Below, in pieces: positions 58,329 through 64,000 of a stretch of DNA of 64,000 nucleotides. Positions within the stretch are counted from its first letter, which is position 1. The number at the start of each line of letters is the position of its first letter. A program made the position numbers and the translations under genes. The notes beneath the pieces were generated by a model, which worked only from the letters and a program-made list of their open reading frames with translations, made no database searches and was not told the DNA's origin. This stretch comes from an uncultured Gammaproteobacteria bacterium (GTDB taxonomy: Bacteria; Patescibacteriota; Microgenomatia; Levybacterales; GWA1-39-11). The DNA lies in contig CAYVKP010000001.1 in assembly GCA_964452165.1 (NCBI GenBank), forward strand, positions 140,110 to 204,109, written 5' to 3'.

Positions 58329-60611
58329 ATGCGAAAAGTTCTGCCCATACTAATCTCCCCACAAAGCAAGTTTGTGGGGGCCCCGCTTAAAAAATTTAAG
58401 CGATTTTTTTCCATGTGTTTGGTCGTTGTCTTATTCCTTATAGTCTTTGTTCCATCTGTTAGTGCTCAGGCGACCCCGGTTCCCGCTCAAAACGCTACGC
58501 CGGCTCAGAACCAAACCGCTGATCCGAATGCGACTCAGCAGGTAGGTCAAGCACAGCCGACTGATGGGCAGTGGGTTCAGGATCCTGAGGTCACTTTTGT
58601 AGGAAAAACAGGAGCAAGATCGGGAGATTTTCTAGATTGGGCTCTAAGAAATTATAACTGGCTTTGTGTAGAGAAAGTTTCGCAATATCAATGCAACAAC
58701 AAGGGTGACCCTCTGGTTCAATTTTGGATAATCATAAGAAATATAGTCTATGCGTTGATGGCCCTTTTTGTCCTTGTTACGGCGTTTATGTTGATAATCA
58801 CCCGCGGCCAGAATATAACGGTCATGAAGTTTATCCCGCGCTTCGTTTTGATAGTAGTTTTAATAACTTTATCTTTCTCGCTCGTTCAATTTATCTATCA
58901 GATGAGTGATGTTGTGCAAGGATTTTTTCTGAATCTTCAGAAGCAGCCGCCTGGCACAAATCCGTTTATATCAACTCAGGACCTTCTTTATATTGGTTTT
59001 AAATACGAAGATTTTATTGGCTATAGACTCGCAGGTGATAAATTCGCCGAATCTGCATTTATCTCACTTCTCCTGGTTCGTCTTACTGCAATTACTTACT
59101 ATGTTATGACTGGAATTCTTTTGATCAGAAAAATAATTCTCTGGTTTTTCATAATTGTCTCACCGGTTTTTCCTTTACTTCTTTTCTACAGACCTATCAG
59201 AAATACGGCTAAAGTCTGGATTGGAGAATTTTTCAGATGGCTACTTTACGCTCCTCTTTTTGCAATTTTCCTACGCGGCCTTGTTGTAGTCTGGAAATCC
59301 CAGAAAAGTATTCCTCTTGCCTTCGATTATACAAAAGTAGGTACGGTTGTTTATCCTACCGCAATAAATATACTTCTTGGGGGTCCTGGTCAAAAAATAC
59401 TTTATGAGGGAATGGAAAAATCCAACTCAGTTAATTTACCTGATACTTTTGCTTTATATGTAGTTGCTCTTCTTATGTTGTGGGTTGTGATCATATTGCC
59501 ATTCCTGCTTTTGAAAATATTCCTTGATTACATTAACACATTATCTCTTGGTGGTAATGTTGCTGTTCAAAAATTTGTTAATAGAAATCTAGGATTCCTC
59601 AATCCGCAAAAAGGGATACCGCCCGCGCCTACTCCAACTCCCCCCGGATCTGTATCACCAACTGGTGCAGCCCGATCCATGCCTTTCATTCATAAGGCCG
59701 CAATGACCCAGCCTCTATCAATTCGAGCGGACGTACAAGCAAGCGTACGTGAAAGCTCGGACGTCTTAAGACTTACGAATCTTTCAATACCAAAGATGCG
59801 CGATATTGCCCGATATGAGACTTCAATGATGTCAAGCGATGTAGGTAGACGCGCAGAGGCACGAGAACTTCACAGTACGCTATCTAAGATCGCCAACCCG
59901 ACAATAGCAACCGTTCCATCAGAACGACAAAAGTTTTCAACTGTCAGACAGCAGTTGCTATCGCAAAAACAAAAAGGTAATCCAATAGCCTCCGGTGTCT
60001 TGGCGGCATCTGCAGCAAGTGCCACGACAAAAGCTGAGGGGATAGTCCATGCCAGACAACAACAAATAACGAGTGCGACTCAAACTTTGTCGCGAACAAC
60101 TCAGCTTCCAAGCGTCAATAAAGTTCAGCAGGTAAGCCTTGATGATTATGAGGAGGTTAGAAAGCTATGGACTGAAAATTATCAGACAATTGAGCCACCA
60201 AAGAGTCTTTCGGGAGTACAGATGGAGAGACGTGAATGGATCAAAAACGATATAGACAGAATTACGCAGGCGATAGCACTACTTCAATCAGAGGATCCGG
60301 AGAAAGTAAACCAGGGCATGGAAATGGTTGCAAATATCTTGCCATTCCTTCTCATCGGTGGATTTTCAAAGTCCGAGGTAGTTGCGTATCTTAAGGCTAA
60401 AATGCAAGCTGGTAAATCGGTTCTTGAAGGAGTCAACAAGAAAGAGGAGGAAGAGGAGTCCATGGTTTCAACTCATGAAAAAGAAACTCACGCAGAAGGT
60501 CACATGAGCGCCGAAGCATCAATAATTGATAAGCAAGACGAATTGAAAGAGTCTATGCCGCCGACAAATGAAGAAAAGAAAGAGCCCGGAGGAGGCCCTA
60601 AAAGTCAGTAG
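58329..60611 (+). CDS. VirB6/TrbL-like polytopic T4SS channel protein with a long hydrophilic C-terminal domain
   Basis: Signal peptide; short periplasmic N-domain; 6-7 TM helices in the first ~450 aa; a ~300-aa hydrophilic Ser/Thr/Gln-rich cytoplasmic C-terminal region, as in TrbL/VirB6 of Gram-positive-type systems. Starts 2 nt after the pilin gene. Confidence 0.45.
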   Translation: MRKVLPILISPQSKFVGAPLKKFKRFFSMCLVVVLFLIVFVPSVSAQATPVPAQNATPAQNQTADPNATQQVGQAQPTDGQWVQDPEVTFVGKTGARSGDFLDWALRNYNWLCVEKVSQYQCNNKGDPLVQFWIIIRNIVYALMALFVLVTAFMLIITRGQNITVMKFIPRFVLIVVLITLSFSLVQFIYQMSDVVQGFFLNLQKQPPGTNPFISTQDLLYIGFKYEDFIGYRLAGDKFAESAFISLLLVRLTAITYYVMTGILLIRKIILWFFIIVSPVFPLLLFYRPIRNTAKVWIGEFFRWLLYAPLFAIFLRGLVVVWKSQKSIPLAFDYTKVGTVVYPTAINILLGGPGQKILYEGMEKSNSVNLPDTFALYVVALLMLWVVIILPFLLLKIFLDYINTLSLGGNVAVQKFVNRNLGFLNPQKGIPPAPTPTPPGSVSPTGAARSMPFIHKAAMTQPLSIRADVQASVRESSDVLRLTNLSIPKMRDIARYETSMMSSDVGRRAEARELHSTLSKIANPTIATVPSERQKFSTVRQQLLSQKQKGNPIASGVLAASAASATTKAEGIVHARQQQITSATQTLSRTTQLPSVNKVQQVSLDDYEEVRKLWTENYQTIEPPKSLSGVQMERREWIKNDIDRITQAIALLQSEDPEKVNQGMEMVANILPFLLIGGFSKSEVVAYLKAKMQAGKSVLEGVNKKEEEEESMVSTHEKETHAEGHMSAEASIIDKQDELKESMPPTNEEKKEPGGGPKSQ

Positions 60612-60657
60612 AAACTATGATAAAATTAAGCAATACCAATATTAATTAAACTGCCCT

Positions 60658-63390
60658 ATGTTTGGAAATTTATTTAGTACCAGAAAAAAAAGTGAAAGTC
60701 AGGAAGAAGTAAAAACGACGACACAAACGACCGGTGCACAGGTAAGCGTTGAACAGACTTCAAGTTCAGATCTACTGGGAGATGTAAATCACGTTCAGGA
60801 AACAATAAATGTGTCTGCGCCCCCGGCCCAAGCAGCGCCGACTCCCGCTCAAAATTCGTCTGCGCAGCCCGGGACTCCTGCGGATCAAGGAAGTATTGCC
60901 GCAAGTCCAACAGCCCGCGAGAATGTGACTGCACTATCGCGTCTTGATCCTCGTGCAACGCAGGTATTACATCAAGCGCAAAATCTTGCGAAGAAAAATA
61001 GCCAGGCAACTATCGAACCCGACCACATTCTATACGGATTGCTTTATGATGGGGACATATTCAAGCTCCTCGAGCAATTCTCAGTAGATGTCGCAAAAAT
61101 ATCAGCTGAAATTGAGGGGAAGCAGACAAAGGGAACTTTCTCAGGCCAGCCAACCCTATCAGATCCGGCCAAGGCCATTCTGGAAGAAGCCTACAACACA
61201 TGTAAATTACGAGGATCAAGTTTTGTAGCCCCGGAGGATATTCTCCTAGCAGTTTTTGGCACAGCAGTTACAGCCGATTTCCTCAAATCAAAGGGAATCG
61301 AGAAAGCAGGAGTTGAAGACAAGCTTTCAAAGAGCGCAGATTACACCGTTGGTAAGAAATCCATGATTGAAAAATATAGCATTGATCTTACGACGGAGGC
61401 AAAAGAAGGCCGACTGGATCCTGTTACAGGTCGCGATAGCGAAGTGGAGCGTCTGATTCATATTTTACTGAGACGATCTAAAAATAACCCGATAATAATA
61501 GGTGAGGCGGGAGTAGGAAAAACTGCGATAGTTGAAGGTTTGGCGCAAAAAATAGTTGATGGCAATATCCCGAAAGACCTCGCAAATAGGCGCATTATGC
61601 AGCTTGATTTAGCTTCTCTTATTGCCGGAGCAGCGCATCGCGGAGAATTTGAAGAAAGATTTAGAGCTGTAATTAAAGAAGCTCAAGCATCAACCGGAAC
61701 AATAATTCTTTTCATTGACGAAATTCATACTTTAATAGGGGCTGGGGATACCGGCGGCGCGATGGATGCTTCAAATATTATTAAACCGTATCTTGCACGT
61801 GGACAAATACAATTGATAGGTACTACAACTACAGCAGAATTCAGAAAATATTTTGAAAAAGATAAAGCTTTTGAGAGAAGATTTCAACCGGTTTTGGTTG
61901 AGGAGCCAAGTGAGGACGTTGCAGTTGAGATGCTCAAGGTTCTTAAGCCAAAATATGAAAAATTTCACAACGTTGTATTTTCACCTGAGACGCTCGATGC
62001 GGCAGTCCGCCTGTCTAAAAAATATGTGGGCGAAAGATTTTTGCCGGATAAAGCAGTAGACCTTCTTGATGAGGCCGGCGCTGAGGTAAAACTTAAATTT
62101 TCAGAGAAAAAAAGAGAAGACAACCAGGTAAAACCAGAAGATATACAAAACGTTGTTTCTGCATGGACAGGAATTCCGGTAACAAAATTAACAGAAGATG
62201 AAAGTCAAAAGCTTATTCATCTTGAGGACCTGATTCATAAGCGATTCATAGATCAGCAAGAGGCAGTTGTATCGATTGCAGAGGCTATAAGACGAGGGAG
62301 AATCGGGCTTTCTGCTGCTAATCGTCCTATTGCTTCATTTATTTTCCTGGGTCCTACGGGAGTTGGAAAAACAGAACTCGCCAAGGCAATGGCAGAGATA
62401 CTTTTCGGCAAAGAAGAATCAATGATTCGTCTTGATATGTCCGAATACATGGAAAAGCATGAGGTTGCAAAGCTTATCGGTGCTCCTCCCGGATACGTAG
62501 GGTATGAGGAGGGCGGACAGCTTACGGAGGCGGTTCGTACCAAACCTTATTCAATAGTTCTTCTGGATGAAGTTGAGAAGGCACATCCTGACGTATTTAA
62601 TATATTACTTCAGCTTCTTGAAGACGGACGCTTAACAGATAATAAAGGAAACACTATTTCATTTAAAAATACCGTTATTATTGCTACTTCAAATCTTGGG
62701 AGCCAAATCATTCAAAAAGAGCTTGCTGAAGGTGGAGCAAATTTGAAACCTGAGGAGTTCGATAAAAAATTTGCAGAATTATCAAAGACGTTAATGGACG
62801 AGTTGCACAAGTTTTTCAGACCGGAGCTTCTCAACCGTTTTGATGAGTTGGTTGTCTTCAAACCCCTTTCTCCAAAAGACATGAATGAAATTGCGAGGCT
62901 TGGAATTGAACGGACCCGCAAACTTCTTAAAGATCAAGGGCTCGAGCTACAAATTACAGCAAATGCACTCGCAGAACTTGCAAAAGAAGGATACGACCCC
63001 GTTTACGGGGCAAGACCTTTGAGAAGACTAATTCAATCTGCAATTGAAAATCCCATTTCTTTGCAAATAATCGGAAAGAATTTTGTACAAGGAGACATAA
63101 TTTTAATTGATTTTGATGCCGCGAAAAATGAGTTCAATTTCAAAAAATCAACACCTCCTCCACAAGCCGCAGGCCAAGCGCAGGCAGGTCAGCCCGCTCC
63201 GGCCGCTGCACCTAACCAAAATAATTCTCAAAACGGAACAGCACCTACTAACGGGGTAAGTCAAAATGGTCAAGCCCAACCTCAAACGACAGAACCGGTA
63301 TACGGATATGATAAAAACGGTACAACTCCTCCGCCTCCAACACCTCAGGGCCCAGCCGATGGGACGCAAATGCAGAAAAGCAATATATGA
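60658..63390 (+). CDS. clpC: ClpC/ClpB-family AAA+ chaperone ATPase with low-complexity N- and C-terminal extensions
   Basis: About 110-aa Ser/Thr/Gln/Pro-rich N-terminal extension; two Clp_N repeats; D1 Walker [16 protein letters not shown]; D2 Walker [14 protein letters not shown]; short middle domain (ClpC-like); sensor-2 GARPLRR; about 90-aa Q/N/P-rich C-terminal tail. Confidence 0.85.
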   Translation: MFGNLFSTRKKSESQEEVKTTTQTTGAQVSVEQTSSSDLLGDVNHVQETINVSAPPAQAAPTPAQNSSAQPGTPADQGSIAASPTARENVTALSRLDPRATQVLHQAQNLAKKNSQATIEPDHILYGLLYDGDIFKLLEQFSVDVAKISAEIEGKQTKGTFSGQPTLSDPAKAILEEAYNTCKLRGSSFVAPEDILLAVFGTAVTADFLKSKGIEKAGVEDKLSKSADYTVGKKSMIEKYSIDLTTEAKEGRLDPVTGRDSEVERLIHILLRRSKNNPIIIGEAGVGKTAIVEGLAQKIVDGNIPKDLANRRIMQLDLASLIAGAAHRGEFEERFRAVIKEAQASTGTIILFIDEIHTLIGAGDTGGAMDASNIIKPYLARGQIQLIGTTTTAEFRKYFEKDKAFERRFQPVLVEEPSEDVAVEMLKVLKPKYEKFHNVVFSPETLDAAVRLSKKYVGERFLPDKAVDLLDEAGAEVKLKFSEKKREDNQVKPEDIQNVVSAWTGIPVTKLTEDESQKLIHLEDLIHKRFIDQQEAVVSIAEAIRRGRIGLSAANRPIASFIFLGPTGVGKTELAKAMAEILFGKEESMIRLDMSEYMEKHEVAKLIGAPPGYVGYEEGGQLTEAVRTKPYSIVLLDEVEKAHPDVFNILLQLLEDGRLTDNKGNTISFKNTVIIATSNLGSQIIQKELAEGGANLKPEEFDKKFAELSKTLMDELHKFFRPELLNRFDELVVFKPLSPKDMNEIARLGIERTRKLLKDQGLELQITANALAELAKEGYDPVYGARPLRRLIQSAIENPISLQIIGKNFVQGDIILIDFDAAKNEFNFKKSTPPPQAAGQAQAGQPAPAAAPNQNNSQNGTAPTNGVSQNGQAQPQTTEPVYGYDKNGTTPPPPTPQGPADGTQMQKSNI

Positions 63391-64000
63391 AGCCTAAGTC
63401 TTCAAGCGGGTTTAGCGGGAGCAAAATAATTGTTCTTCTTATAATTTTGGCCTTAATCCCTGTTGGCCTATTTTTACTTTTGAATCCCAAAGCCAAGAAA
63501 AATATTCCTCCAACTGTAAGAGAAGTTTTTTACCCCAAAGCAGAATACGTTGCGGGACAATTGATAGTTAAATATAAGGATTCTTATACAATTGATGAGA
63601 TAACTCATCTTAAATCTAAGCTCGATTCGATTGGAATTGATTCACAAAAAAGAGTTTTTGATTCAAACGATCCAAGACTCCGCAATTTTTATGTTCTGTA
63701 CTTTAAAAAAGACGTTGATATTAAAAAAGTTGGAGAGGACCTCGCAAAGATGCAAGAGATTGAGGCAATAAGTCCCAACTATCTTTCAAAAACCCAAGCC
63801 GACGAACCGAATGATCCAGGTTACGTACAAAATCGTCAATGGGATCTTATAAAAATTGGCATGAAAGATGCTTGGCAAATTACAAAGGGCTCGAATAATA
63901 TAAAAGTTGCTGTTATTGATTCAGGTATTGATTATAACCACCCGGATTTTGCTGGACGCAATATAACCCGTGGGCCGGACATGACAACTTGTTCAAATTA
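63387..64000 (+). CDS. Subtilisin-like serine protease (S8 family), 3'-truncated by the window end
   Basis: Begins MKPKSSSGF with an N-terminal TM, then an inhibitor-I9-like propeptide and the VAVIDSGIDYNHPDF catalytic Asp motif. No stop codon before position 64000. Confidence 0.6.
   Translation, partial: MKPKSSSGFSGSKIIVLLIILALIPVGLFLLLNPKAKKNIPPTVREVFYPKAEYVAGQLIVKYKDSYTIDEITHLKSKLDSIGIDSQKRVFDSNDPRLRNFYVLYFKKDVDIKKVGEDLAKMQEIEAISPNYLSKTQADEPNDPGYVQNRQWDLIKIGMKDAWQITKGSNNIKVAVIDSGIDYNHPDFAGRNITRGPDMTTCSN

Overview
This AT-rich, gene-dense window with short intergenic spacers and many overlapping genes looks like a Candidate Phyla Radiation (Patescibacteria)-type or similar reduced genome. 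Housekeeping genes I recognise: smpB plus the 5' part of tmRNA, a tRNA-Ile(UAU), two tandem tRNA-Ser, uvrD/pcrA, tpiA, rpsT, murJ, purM-purN, lepA, groES-groEL, tatD, metG, hrcA-grpE-dnaK and a ClpC-like AAA+ chaperone. Interleaved with these are:
- two cell-envelope glycan clusters: (i) LCP, a large membrane protein, HAD, epimerase, two GT39 paralogs and an FAD oxidoreductase; (ii) a processive GT2, a GT-C protein, a GtrA-like protein, a GT4 phosphotransferase, a UbiA/DPPR-synthase-like prenyltransferase and an MFS transporter;
- a pilus-like PilN/PilO block with FN3/cohesin/PKD surface proteins that share a C-terminal PPTGS+TM tail;
- a nickel superoxide dismutase with its SodX maturation peptidase, next to a Crp/Fnr regulator and an ATP-cone-Mrr nuclease-like protein;
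- type IV secretion-like parts split across two loci: a VirB4-family ATPase with a SpoIID/LytB-domain hydrolase near 3.4-8.1 kb, and a VirB2-like pilin with a VirB6/TrbL-like protein near 57.9-60.6 kb, preceded by an unknown gene of atypical composition.
A tRNA-Ser 3'-end fragment and a 34-codon cyclase gene stub about 740 bp downstream of tRNA-Ser(UGA) suggest a degraded integrated element. No CRISPR array or rRNA was seen. Functional calls rest on motif and architecture recognition by eye; no database search was run.
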